Origin: Nitrospirota bacterium
Lineage (GTDB): Bacteria; Nitrospirota; Thermodesulfovibrionia; Thermodesulfovibrionales; Dissulfurispiraceae
Direction of reading: 5' to 3'
DNA: 64,000 bases
Assembly: GCA_963790025.1 (NCBI GenBank)
Contig: CAWBMP010000004.1
Span: forward strand, 416,001-480,000
The position numbers were made by a program, and so were the translations under genes. A model generated the notes under the pieces. The model worked only from the letters and a program-made list of their open reading frames with translations, had not been told where the DNA came from and ran no database searches. The first letter of the stretch is position 1, and every line of letters begins with the position of its first letter. Of the stretch, positions 46,678 to 56,118 are shown piece after piece.

Positions 46678-48837
46678 TTAATTAGGTTTTGACAATTCCG
46701 CCAGCAGCTCAGCCAGCATTTTATAATGACCCCGCTCCACAGAGACCTTGATCGAGGAACTCAATAGGGGTTGGATGTCTTTGGTGTTTGCCGGTCTCGA
46801 AAATAGATACCCCTGACTTTGACTGCATCCCATCTCTTTCAGCTTCTCAAGCTGATCTATTGTCTCGACTCCTTCAGCAGTTGATTCCAGACCCAAAGAG
46901 TTCGACAGCAATACCACTGTTTTAATGATCTCAAAGTTTTGAGGATCAACCGTCATCCTGCTGATAAAGCTCCGGTCGATCTTAACGCTATTGACAGGAA
47001 ATCGCGGCAGATAACTCAACGATGAGTACCCGGTGCCAAAATCATCAATTGATAAACGCACACCCAGCCCTTTCAACTTGCGAAGTATGTCCACGGTATC
47101 ATGAGAATCTTCCATTATCACGCTCTCTGTTATCTCGATGTCCAGCAATTCGGGTTTAAGGCCCGTATCATCCAGTATTTTTGAAACCACGTCAACAAAA
47201 TCCTTTTGTCTCAGCTGCCGGGCGGACACATTAACAGCAACAGCCAACGTGGGCATACCTGAATCGTTCCATGCCTTGACCTGGGTGCAAGCAGTCCGCA
47301 TGACCCACTCACCCATGGGAATTATCAAACCGTTTTCTTCCGCAACAGCTATAAACTCCCCCGGCATTACAATCCCGCGTGCGGGATGCGCCCATCGTAT
47401 AAGTGCCTCTACAGCTATTGTCTGGCCGGTGCGCAAGGATACAATGGGTTGATAGTGAAGGCAGAATTCCTGATGTTCCAGTGCTCTCCTAAGCTCACTT
47501 TCGAGCTGCAGCCTTGTGACAGCCTGTGCATGCATTGAGTGGTCAAAAATCTCATGCCGTGCTTTGCCTTTTGATTTGGCCCGGTACATGGCAGTGTCGG
47601 CATCCCGAAGCAGGTCTTCCGACCTGGTATAATCAGTTGAACTGAAAGCAATGCCTATACTGCACGACACGAACATTTCAGTCCCGCCAATGACAAAAGG
47701 CTCCTTGAGGGTTTCCTGTATTCTTTCCGCGGTGCGCGTTGCAGAATTAGTTTCATTTAAATCCTCCATGAGAACAACGAACTCATCGCCTCCAAGACGC
47801 GCAACAGTATCTTCAGTTCGCACACAGTCCTTAAGCTTCCTGGACACCAAAATGAGCAGTTCGTCGCCGATATTATGTCCGAGACTGTCATTGATGACTT
47901 TGAAACTGTCAAGATCAAGGAAGATGACGGCAAAGATATCGTCACTGTTGCGCACTGCACGCTTCCATGCCTGTTCAAGTCTGTCCATCAGCAATGCCCT
48001 GTTAGGCAAACCGGTCAATGAATCATGAAATGCATCGCGCAGCAATTGTTCCTCGGCACGTTTGCGCAACGTGATATCTGACATGGAGCCGGCCATACGA
48101 TATGGTTTATCTTTGTCATACCGCACGGCAATGCCCCGGCAAAGCATCCAGCGTTCGGTACCGTCCCTGTGGCGCATCCGGTATTCTGCTTCAAAATGGT
48201 CGGATGCGCCATCCAGATGAGCGCCGATCAGCACCTTGACCTTCTCTAGCTCGTCAGGGTGTATCCTGCTGAACCACTCGTCAAGACTCTCACCGATATC
48301 GCCCTCTTCATATCCAAGCATTGACTTCCAGCGGAAGGAATAATGGACCGTACCCTCTTCTATGTTCCAGTCCCACAAGCCGTCGTTGGCCCCCATTGCA
48401 GCAAGGGCATAGCGCTCCTGGCTCACCCTCAGTTCTTCGGCCGTCCGGCTTGAACGTAAAATATAACGGACATGATGTCCCAGTAATGCCGACTTGAGCG
48501 GTTTTGTTATAAAGTCAGTAGCGCCCACTTGATAGGCCTTGTTTATTGATTCGGTATCTCCAAGACCTGTCATCATCAGGATCGGAACAAAGTTCCCGCC
48601 AGGCATGTCCCGCAGCTTGGTACAAACAGCAAAACCATCAAGCCCGGGCATCTGGACATCCAGCAGGACTATATCCGGCTGCAGCCGCTCAAAAGACTCA
48701 ATTGCCGTGATGCCTTCAGCAGCTTCCTCAACAGTAAAACCTGCTTCAGTCAAATATCCAGCGGCCAGAAGCCGCATGGTTTCATCATCATCCACAATCA
48801 ATATAAGGGGGATCTGTCGCTGGGTCCTCGGTTTCAT
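46678..48837 (-). CDS. REC-PAS-GGDEF-EAL c-di-GMP enzyme
   Basis: REC (LLDVQMP), GLWDW PAS, RTED...GGDEF, EALIRW, DDFGTGYSS. Confidence 0.95.
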   Translation of the reverse strand: MKPRTQRQIPLILIVDDDETMRLLAAGYLTEAGFTVEEAAEGITAIESFERLQPDIVLLDVQMPGLDGFAVCTKLRDMPGGNFVPILMMTGLGDTESINKAYQVGATDFITKPLKSALLGHHVRYILRSSRTAEELRVSQERYALAAMGANDGLWDWNIEEGTVHYSFRWKSMLGYEEGDIGESLDEWFSRIHPDELEKVKVLIGAHLDGASDHFEAEYRMRHRDGTERWMLCRGIAVRYDKDKPYRMAGSMSDITLRKRAEEQLLRDAFHDSLTGLPNRALLMDRLEQAWKRAVRNSDDIFAVIFLDLDSFKVINDSLGHNIGDELLILVSRKLKDCVRTEDTVARLGGDEFVVLMEDLNETNSATRTAERIQETLKEPFVIGGTEMFVSCSIGIAFSSTDYTRSEDLLRDADTAMYRAKSKGKARHEIFDHSMHAQAVTRLQLESELRRALEHQEFCLHYQPIVSLRTGQTIAVEALIRWAHPARGIVMPGEFIAVAEENGLIIPMGEWVMRTACTQVKAWNDSGMPTLAVAVNVSARQLRQKDFVDVVSKILDDTGLKPELLDIEITESVIMEDSHDTVDILRKLKGLGVRLSIDDFGTGYSSLSYLPRFPVNSVKIDRSFISRMTVDPQNFEIIKTVVLLSNSLGLESTAEGVETIDQLEKLKEMGCSQSQGYLFSRPANTKDIQPLLSSSIKVSVERGHYKMLAELLAELSKPN

Positions 48838-48986
48838 TGCACTCTCCTTTGAGGTCTTTCCAGGGTTATATGCATAGCATGCTATTCTTTATTAAACACA
48901 TTCCTGATTCAGTTTAAATGGTCGGCTTTGAGCCGGGCTTGCCGCATTTGCATGTGTTAAGGTCCATCCTTTCCTACGGCAAGTTT

Positions 48987-51900
48987 TTATGATGGGAGGT
49001 TGCCGTCCTGGGTAAGCAGTCCCCTCTTTTGGAGCTCCATCTCAAGGGCAATGATGACTGCCTCGCTTTCTGCTTCAACCTTCTGAAACAGTTCGCCGGC
49101 CCTGTCAAGCTCATTATTCCTGCCAATGTTCTCCAATTCCTGCAAAAGAGAAGCAAGCGATTTTGCCCCGACTGCCGCGCTGCTCGACTTCATGGTGTGC
49201 GCCTGGAACTTGATTCCGCCGGCATCGCCGCCGGCCACGGCATTGCGCAACGCCCCCATGTACTTTATCGTATTATTCATGTAAAGTGTAATGACCTTGC
49301 CGAGTAAGGCGGTGCCGCCACTTTTCATGGAAGCAGTTATTTCATCCAAGACCCCGTTATCAATAATAGTCGGTGAAGGCGCCGGCTCCTTCACAGGTGA
49401 GCTGATGCCCGTTGCCCGGGCTGAAGATGGCAGGACGTCGCAGCGGCGGACTTCGCCCTTTTGCACCCACCGGCCTATAATTGACAAGAGATCTGCTTTC
49501 TTGAACGGCTTGGTGAGATAGTCATCCATACCTGCGGCGATGCACAGGTCCCGGTCACCCTGCATCGCATGTGCTGTCAGAGCAATGACCGGCACACGTT
49601 TTCCACCATTTAACTGTCTCTCCCTGTACCTTATTATTTTTGTCGCTTCATATCCGTCCAGTACCGGCATCTGGCAGTCCATAACAATAAGATCATAGGT
49701 GGTCTTTAAAAAAGCATCAATGGCCTCTGCGCCATTGTCCACAATATCGACTTCCAACCCTAACCCTTCGAGCATGCCCTTTGCTACAGCCTGATTGGTG
49801 GGGTTGTCCTCGGCAAGAAGAACGCGCCCCTCAAGCCTGACCTCAACATCAGGGTCAGGATAGTCATCGCTCGCTGAGTGCAAAGGTGTCCCGGCGGTCT
49901 GATTCAAAACTGAGACTATGCAGTCGAAGAGCTGGGACCGCTGCACCGGCTTGTTCAAGAAGGCGTCGACGCCGATCTCCTTCATATGTTTAGTGCTCAT
50001 ACGATAGCCGACAGGGGTCAACATGATAATTCGCGTGTTGCTGATGTCGGTGTCGGCTTTTATAGCTCGGGCCAGCTCTCCTTCGTCCATATCTGCCAGC
50101 TTTGTGCCTATGAGCGCCATGCCGTATGGCTTTCCGGCTATGTATGCGGCACGCAATATATGCAACGCCTCCCGACTGTCCGATACGCTCTGATTCTGAA
50201 TGCCCCAAAGAGACATCTGTTCGGTCAGGAAGAGACAAGTAGTTGCATTATCATCAACAACAAGGACGCGCAGGCATTTGGACCCCGGAGGGATGGCCTC
50301 TTTTACGTGACTGTCATGAGGTTGTTTTTGGAACCGCGCGGTAAGCCAGAATGTGGACCCCTCTCCGTATTTGCTCTCAAAATGCAAATCACCACCCATA
50401 AGGATGCTGAGCTGTTTGGCAATAGCGAGACCCAATCCGGTGCCGCCATGCTTTCGAGTGGTTGATACATCCGCCTGCGTAAAAGGCTGGAAGAGTTTTT
50501 CCTGCATCGCGGGCTTGATTCCGATCCCAGTGTCACGGATTGAAAACTGGAGTTCGCATTTGTCTTCATCTTCATCCCTGACCTGTACATCAAGCACCAC
50601 CTCTCCCTGCTCAGTAAACTTTATGGCATTCCCGATGAGATTGATCACAATCTGACGAAGACGCTCCGGGTCCCCGCGCAGGGCAGTAGGGACATTGTCC
50701 TGTATTCTGCAGGCAAGGTCCAGTTTCTTCCGGTGAGCGCGCTCGGCAAGTAACTGTACTGACTCTTCAACAGTCCTGTGAAGATTGAAGTCGATGTTCG
50801 CCAACTCAACTCGCCCTGCCTCTATTTTCGACAAATCAAGAATGCTGTTTATGATGCTCAGCAGAGACTCTCCGGAACTCCGGACGATTTCGGCGAAACG
50901 CCGCTGGTCATCGGTCAATCTGGTCTCTAATAGAAGTTCTATCATACCGAGCACTCCATTCATCGGGGTGCGTATCTCATGGCTCATGTTGGCGAGAAAC
51001 TGGGATTTTGCCATGCTCGCTCTCACAGCGTCTTCTTTGGCTTTTTTAAGGGCTTCCTCTGTCGCTTTGCGCTCGGTGATGTCCAAAGCAATACACACTG
51101 CCCCCTGAATATCGCCGTCAGAGGTATGCATGACAGAACGGGAAAAAAGCACGGGGATTCTTTTGCCGTTCTTTGCAAGGTAAACCATCCCTAAATTTGA
51201 TAGTGACCCCTTTCCAGTTAACTCGTTGAATCCGTCCCGTGGTATTGAAAAGGCCCCGTCCGTACCTTCGGGCGCAAGAATTTTTTCTATTGGCTTGCCG
51301 ATAAGCTCCTCCTCCGTATATCCCAACAGGTCAAGGGTGGCTCTGTTTACTTTGTTGATGGTGCCCGCAGTGTCAGTTACGATTAACGCGTCGTTCATCG
51401 ATTTAATGATATCATCGGTGTATTCCCGCGAGGCGACAATCTCTTCCTGTGATTTCTGCAAGGCTTCGGTCATCCTGTTAAACGAATTACCGAGACGTTC
51501 CAACTCGTCTCCTGTTCTTATCTCAGCCCTTGCCGTCAGGTCTCCCGCAGCTACACGCTGGGTCGCCTTGTCCAGCGCATTGATCGGACTGCTCAGCTTT
51601 CTTGCGAAGATAAGCGATGCAGCCATAGCCAGGAAGCTACAAAAAAGAGTCAGCCATAAAGTCCGGAAATACATGCTTCTGACATCAGCGTTATAGTCCT
51701 TCAGGGACAGACCTATATGTATCCAACCCCAGTCTATTCCCGAGTATTTGAAGGGATAGGAATAATGAAATACTTCCTGCGACACCAAATCGCTTTTCAG
51801 GAATGTGCGTCTTGCCTGCCTGCCGTCGGCAGGGTTCCACATGCCGCTGAGTTGACGCTGTTTCCACCCGCTTGCAGTATGCACAAGCGAAAACCCATCG

Positions 51901-52199
51901 TTTCGCGTTATCACTACGTAGAGAATGGAAGAACTCTCTTTTACCACTCTCATGCAATGCTCAACAACTGCACCGTAGTCTTCAGAAATAACCGCACCTG
52001 CGACGACCTGGTCGATAGAGGTCACTATGTTACTGGCCTCTGATTCCATGCTCTCGACAAGGGCCTTTCTCTGGTATGGGAGGTTGGAGGCGACATATAT
52101 AACGAGGGTCACAACAATCAGCAGCCACGAAAGGATAGTGGTGCGCAGAAGTATCCTGTTTTTCCAAAAAGTTATCTCATCCTTCCATATAAATCTCAT
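48987..52199 (-). CDS. Hybrid sensor kinase (2TM-HAMP-PAS-HisKA-HATPase-REC-REC-Hpt)
   Basis: MSHEIRTP, GNAIKFT, GGTGLGL, MDCQMP, AHTMKSSS; first REC lacks the phosphoacceptor Asp. Confidence 0.94.
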   Translation of the reverse strand: MRFIWKDEITFWKNRILLRTTILSWLLIVVTLVIYVASNLPYQRKALVESMESEASNIVTSIDQVVAGAVISEDYGAVVEHCMRVVKESSSILYVVITRNDGFSLVHTASGWKQRQLSGMWNPADGRQARRTFLKSDLVSQEVFHYSYPFKYSGIDWGWIHIGLSLKDYNADVRSMYFRTLWLTLFCSFLAMAASLIFARKLSSPINALDKATQRVAAGDLTARAEIRTGDELERLGNSFNRMTEALQKSQEEIVASREYTDDIIKSMNDALIVTDTAGTINKVNRATLDLLGYTEEELIGKPIEKILAPEGTDGAFSIPRDGFNELTGKGSLSNLGMVYLAKNGKRIPVLFSRSVMHTSDGDIQGAVCIALDITERKATEEALKKAKEDAVRASMAKSQFLANMSHEIRTPMNGVLGMIELLLETRLTDDQRRFAEIVRSSGESLLSIINSILDLSKIEAGRVELANIDFNLHRTVEESVQLLAERAHRKKLDLACRIQDNVPTALRGDPERLRQIVINLIGNAIKFTEQGEVVLDVQVRDEDEDKCELQFSIRDTGIGIKPAMQEKLFQPFTQADVSTTRKHGGTGLGLAIAKQLSILMGGDLHFESKYGEGSTFWLTARFQKQPHDSHVKEAIPPGSKCLRVLVVDDNATTCLFLTEQMSLWGIQNQSVSDSREALHILRAAYIAGKPYGMALIGTKLADMDEGELARAIKADTDISNTRIIMLTPVGYRMSTKHMKEIGVDAFLNKPVQRSQLFDCIVSVLNQTAGTPLHSASDDYPDPDVEVRLEGRVLLAEDNPTNQAVAKGMLEGLGLEVDIVDNGAEAIDAFLKTTYDLIVMDCQMPVLDGYEATKIIRYRERQLNGGKRVPVIALTAHAMQGDRDLCIAAGMDDYLTKPFKKADLLSIIGRWVQKGEVRRCDVLPSSARATGISSPVKEPAPSPTIIDNGVLDEITASMKSGGTALLGKVITLYMNNTIKYMGALRNAVAGGDAGGIKFQAHTMKSSSAAVGAKSLASLLQELENIGRNNELDRAGELFQKVEAESEAVIIALEMELQKRGLLTQDGNLPS

Positions 52200-53173
52200 T
52201 CCGCCCGCTCCCCAATTATTGTCCTCTCTGCTCTCTGATTTCCTGCCAACGGCCTTCCCTCCGGATGCTTACGCTTATCCAGCAATGCCATAGTAGGGTC
52301 CAGCATGGATGGGTTGAAGGGCGTTATGTCGTCTATCTGGAAAAGAGTGAGGATTTGTTTCCCCGAAGCCGTTGAGTGTATGTTCACAGCAATCTTTGTC
52401 ATTTTAGCTTTGATGTCGGCCCTCAGAAGTTTATGGAAACAGAAGATTCCGTCCAGGAGTTTGTCGGAACTCAGGAGGACCGTCAGTTCCTTTCCTATTT
52501 GCGGGTTGAGCTCGACCATCGTCTCATATGCGCTCTTGCTGACAAGACAGGCATCTGATTGCTTGAAAAAAACCGGCAGCACGGCCTGGGAAGCTTTGTT
52601 TACTTCCTTATCGGACCCGAAAAACCTTTCATAGTCGGGCAGGCTCCTGCGGGCCATAACGCTGCTCAGCCAGAGATGGGCAGTTTCAATAATGGGGCCG
52701 GAATGTACTATCAGCCTCTTGCCTTTAAGTTGACTTATGTCCCTGATCCCCTGGTCCCGCCGCACAAGGAGCACAAGTTCGTCGCCGCCAACTGCGTTCC
52801 GTCTGCTTCCCACAAAAGCCGGTTCCAGTGGGGCCCTGTCCCTGATCTTCAGGTAGTCTATTGCTGTTACGGCGACAAAGTCTATCGTCCTGTTATTCAG
52901 GGCCTTCACTATCGATTGAAGGTTGTCAAAGATTAAAGGCTTCGGCTGCATTGTTTTAAGAGTTGAACTTGGGGTGAGTTCTCTCGTCCACAGTGAAAGG
53001 GCAACCTGGGCATCCGCCACGCTGACGCTGCTGAGGAAAAACTTGCTGGAATAGCCGATTCTAAGGACTTCCGGAGAATAGTCGCTGTTTTCACCCCAGC
53101 ATACGTCGTTTGTGCAAAACAGGGCAATGAGGCAACAGGCAACCAATCGAATATCTATTTTGAACGAGTCCAT
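52196..53173 (-). CDS. PhnD/SsuA-fold periplasmic binding protein, paralog 1
   Basis: Signal peptide, I.DI.QLKGKRL, AVLPVFF.Q.DACLV, ELNPQ; overlaps the kinase start by 4 nt. Confidence 0.8.
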   Translation of the reverse strand: MDSFKIDIRLVACCLIALFCTNDVCWGENSDYSPEVLRIGYSSKFFLSSVSVADAQVALSLWTRELTPSSTLKTMQPKPLIFDNLQSIVKALNNRTIDFVAVTAIDYLKIRDRAPLEPAFVGSRRNAVGGDELVLLVRRDQGIRDISQLKGKRLIVHSGPIIETAHLWLSSVMARRSLPDYERFFGSDKEVNKASQAVLPVFFKQSDACLVSKSAYETMVELNPQIGKELTVLLSSDKLLDGIFCFHKLLRADIKAKMTKIAVNIHSTASGKQILTLFQIDDITPFNPSMLDPTMALLDKRKHPEGRPLAGNQRAERTIIGERAE

Positions 53174-53216
53174 TCAATAGTCCTATGGCGTAGACGCAGC
53201 AATCCCTTTTTTTATG

Positions 53217-53243
53217 TTATCGGCATTGCTGTTGCAAACTTTA
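53217..53243 (-). promoter_or_regulatory. sigma28 (FliA) promoter, perfect consensus
   Basis: TAAAGTTT-N11-GCCGATAA. Confidence 0.85.
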
Positions 53244-53408
53244 TTACAGCACGCATTCCTATTCTCCTTCCTTGGAACAAGCACTGTCCCCTCGCAACGA
53301 TCACTGCCAATTTGGATAAAAATCTGCTGATTTAAAAGACAATACCATAATTCAGTGCCTCTGATCTATCATACTCCACTGTGCTCTTAATCTATCATAA
53401 ATAAAGAC

Positions 53409-53435
53409 TAAAGAAAATGTAATAAACAACGATAA
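53409..53435 (+). promoter_or_regulatory. sigma28-like promoter for the tolC-like operon
   Basis: TAAAG-N14-AACGATAA. Confidence 0.55.
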
Positions 53436-53504
53436 AAAACAATACTCGATGAATTTCTGCCTATACATCGAGTCAGGACTTGCAAATGGAATTTGGGAGG
53501 GACA

Positions 53505-55001
53505 ATGAAAGAATTCTTGGTGTCATCAGGGCTGATTATTTCACTCGCATTGGTAATGCCGCTGACCTCAACGGCAGCGGAAGCATTACCGGGTGAACAA
53601 ATGCATCCCGAAAAGGAGGGAGTGAACGAACAAAAAGTACAGAGCTTGAGTCTCGAGGAGTGCCTGGAGATTGCCGTTAAGAACAACCGGACGCGTCCAG
53701 CCTCTCAATTCGCTGTTGAAATAGCCGAAGCCCAGCTACAGCAGTCGCTCTCGTCTTACTGGCCTCAATTAGCATTAACGTCAACTTTTAGTCATATTGA
53801 CCATAACCCCAACTTCATTTTTCCAGTGTCATCAATAGGCGTCCCGGCATCATCGTTCACCGCTATTACCCCGCTCGGAACTCTCCCGGTTAATGTCCCG
53901 GCGCAGTCCATCAATGTTCCCATTCAAAATATAAAACTCATGAATAAGGACACTCTTATGACCTCTCTGAACGCTACCTATCCGGTGTATACGGGCGGCC
54001 AGCGCCCTGCCATCGTCAAACAAGCCCGAAGTGGTCTTGAGTCTGCAAGACAGGAAGCCAGACGTACGGACCTTCAGGTCATATATGATGTAAAGCGTAT
54101 GTATCACGGGGCGGTCCTTGCACGTGAACTCCACCGGATCGGCAGTGAGGCCCTTCAGCGGCTTGAAGTGACGCTTGAGCTTACTGAGAAATTATACAAG
54201 AACGGTTCAGGCAGGGTTAAGAAGACGGACTACCTGCGAAACAAGTCCGTAGTTGAGGCGCTGCGGAGCGCAGTCACTTTCATGAAAGCCAACGAAGAAC
54301 TCACGCTTTCTGCATTAATTAATACGATGGGGTTAGATTGGGACACCAAGATCCAGGTCTCGGAAGCTCAGATTCCTTTCAATAAGTATCAGGCCAACCT
54401 GAGAGAGTTAATGAGCAATACATATACATTTAATCCTGATTGGGCAAGGATGCAGGAGGGCCTGAAGGCTGCCGAGGCAAAAGTAGATGAGGCTAAAAGC
54501 GGGCATCTTCCCAAGATAGCACTGACAGGGAGCTTTACAAATATTGATAATTCCTACAATCAGGGAATTGTTACCCCTGACAACAAGAATAGCTGGAACG
54601 TAGGCGCTGTTCTTGAGTTTCCTCTGTTCAGCGGCTTTCGCACCAGGGAGGAGATACGGGAGGCCATTGCACGCCTTGGAAAACTGTCTGAAGAGAAGGT
54701 GCTGCTGCGTGAGGGCATTGCTCTGCAGGTCAAATATATATTCACCACGATGATGAGCGCGCAGGAGCAGCAACAGTCAACACTCGATGCATCCAAAGCG
54801 GCTGAGGAGAACAGGGACCTGAACGAACGGGCGTACCAGGATGAGTTGGTTGAAACAAAAGATGTAATAGAGGCGCAGCTGGTAGAGTCTTTCATGAAAG
54901 CGCAGTACCAGAAAACGCTGTATGACCATATTGAGACACAGGCGCATCTGGACTTTGTGGTGGGTAAGGAAGTGGACAAACTGCTCTTTGGAGGACAATA
55001 A
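53505..55001 (+). CDS. TolC-family outer membrane protein
   Basis: Signal peptide, LSLEECL..A..NN, two OEP repeats (P.L.L...PVYTGG; PKI.L...PLFSG). Confidence 0.85.
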   Translation: MKEFLVSSGLIISLALVMPLTSTAAEALPGEQMHPEKEGVNEQKVQSLSLEECLEIAVKNNRTRPASQFAVEIAEAQLQQSLSSYWPQLALTSTFSHIDHNPNFIFPVSSIGVPASSFTAITPLGTLPVNVPAQSINVPIQNIKLMNKDTLMTSLNATYPVYTGGQRPAIVKQARSGLESARQEARRTDLQVIYDVKRMYHGAVLARELHRIGSEALQRLEVTLELTEKLYKNGSGRVKKTDYLRNKSVVEALRSAVTFMKANEELTLSALINTMGLDWDTKIQVSEAQIPFNKYQANLRELMSNTYTFNPDWARMQEGLKAAEAKVDEAKSGHLPKIALTGSFTNIDNSYNQGIVTPDNKNSWNVGAVLEFPLFSGFRTREEIREAIARLGKLSEEKVLLREGIALQVKYIFTTMMSAQEQQQSTLDASKAAEENRDLNERAYQDELVETKDVIEAQLVESFMKAQYQKTLYDHIETQAHLDFVVGKEVDKLLFGGQ

Positions 55002-55079
55002 GAAATGATCTTGGGGACTCTCAAGTGCAAGGGAACGGGTCAAGATGACAGCACGCTAGGAGATACCAAGTTGAGGTCA

Positions 55080-56015
55080 ATGAAAAAACAGGTCCTGTTA
55101 GCTTCTTTAGTATTTGGCTTGATCTTGTTATGTCAGGCAGGGCATGGCCGGGCTGAAAACAACGAGTTTAAGCCGGAAGCCATCAGGTTCGGCTATTCGT
55201 CCAAGTTCCTCAATGATGTGAGCGTAGGGGAGGCCCAGGTCGCCATCGAGCTGTGGATAGGGGAGATCACCAAAAATACAGCGTTCAAAATGAAGCCGAA
55301 GCCTTTAATTTATGACCACCTTCAATCGATAGTAAAGGCCCTGAATAGCAGGGAAGTCGATTTTGTCGCCATATCAGCAATAGACTACCTGAAAATCAGG
55401 GACAAAGCACCTCTGGAACCGGCTTTTGTGGGAAGCAGACGGAAAACCGTTGACGACGAACTGGTGCTTCTTGTGCGACGGGACCAGGGGATCAGGGACA
55501 TAAGTCAACTTAAAGGCAAGAGACTGATAGTTCACTACAGCACCTTGATTGACAGCGCCCGCCTCTGGCTGAACAACGTTTTGGCCCGCAGGAACCTGCC
55601 TGACCCTGAAAGGTTTTTCGGGTCTGATAAGGAAGTAAATAAAGCTTCCCAGGCCGTGCTGCCGCTCTTTTTCAAGCAGGCAGACGCTTGTCTTGTTAAC
55701 AAGAGCGCATTTGAGACGCTGGTTGAGCTCAACCCCCAAATAGGAAAGGAACTGATAGTCCTTTCGCATTCCGATAAACTTGTATACGGATTGCTCTGTT
55801 TCCATCGTTATCTGAATGCCGATCTCAAAAAGCAGCTGACAAAGACTGTTTTGAACTTGCACACTACTCCCGGAGGCAAACAAATACTTACACTTTTCAA
55901 GATAGAAGGCTTGACGTCCTTCAACCCATCCATGCTGGATACTTCCGTGGCCTTAATGGATAAGCGTAATCACCAGGATGGAAGGTTGTTGGTCAATAAG
56001 CAGAGAGAACAATGA
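55080..56015 (+). CDS. PhnD/SsuA-fold periplasmic binding protein, paralog 2
   Basis: Same motifs as 52196-53173; start at MKKQVLL. Confidence 0.8.
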   Translation: MKKQVLLASLVFGLILLCQAGHGRAENNEFKPEAIRFGYSSKFLNDVSVGEAQVAIELWIGEITKNTAFKMKPKPLIYDHLQSIVKALNSREVDFVAISAIDYLKIRDKAPLEPAFVGSRRKTVDDELVLLVRRDQGIRDISQLKGKRLIVHYSTLIDSARLWLNNVLARRNLPDPERFFGSDKEVNKASQAVLPLFFKQADACLVNKSAFETLVELNPQIGKELIVLSHSDKLVYGLLCFHRYLNADLKKQLTKTVLNLHTTPGGKQILTLFKIEGLTSFNPSMLDTSVALMDKRNHQDGRLLVNKQREQ

Positions 56016-56118
56016 CGTGGGGGCGAGAATCTCAATATACTTGCTGCTTTACAAAAAATTCCTGGAGGAATGGTATAATTCAGCAAAGGCTTCTGCGACA
56101 TACGCAAGGATTCAATAT

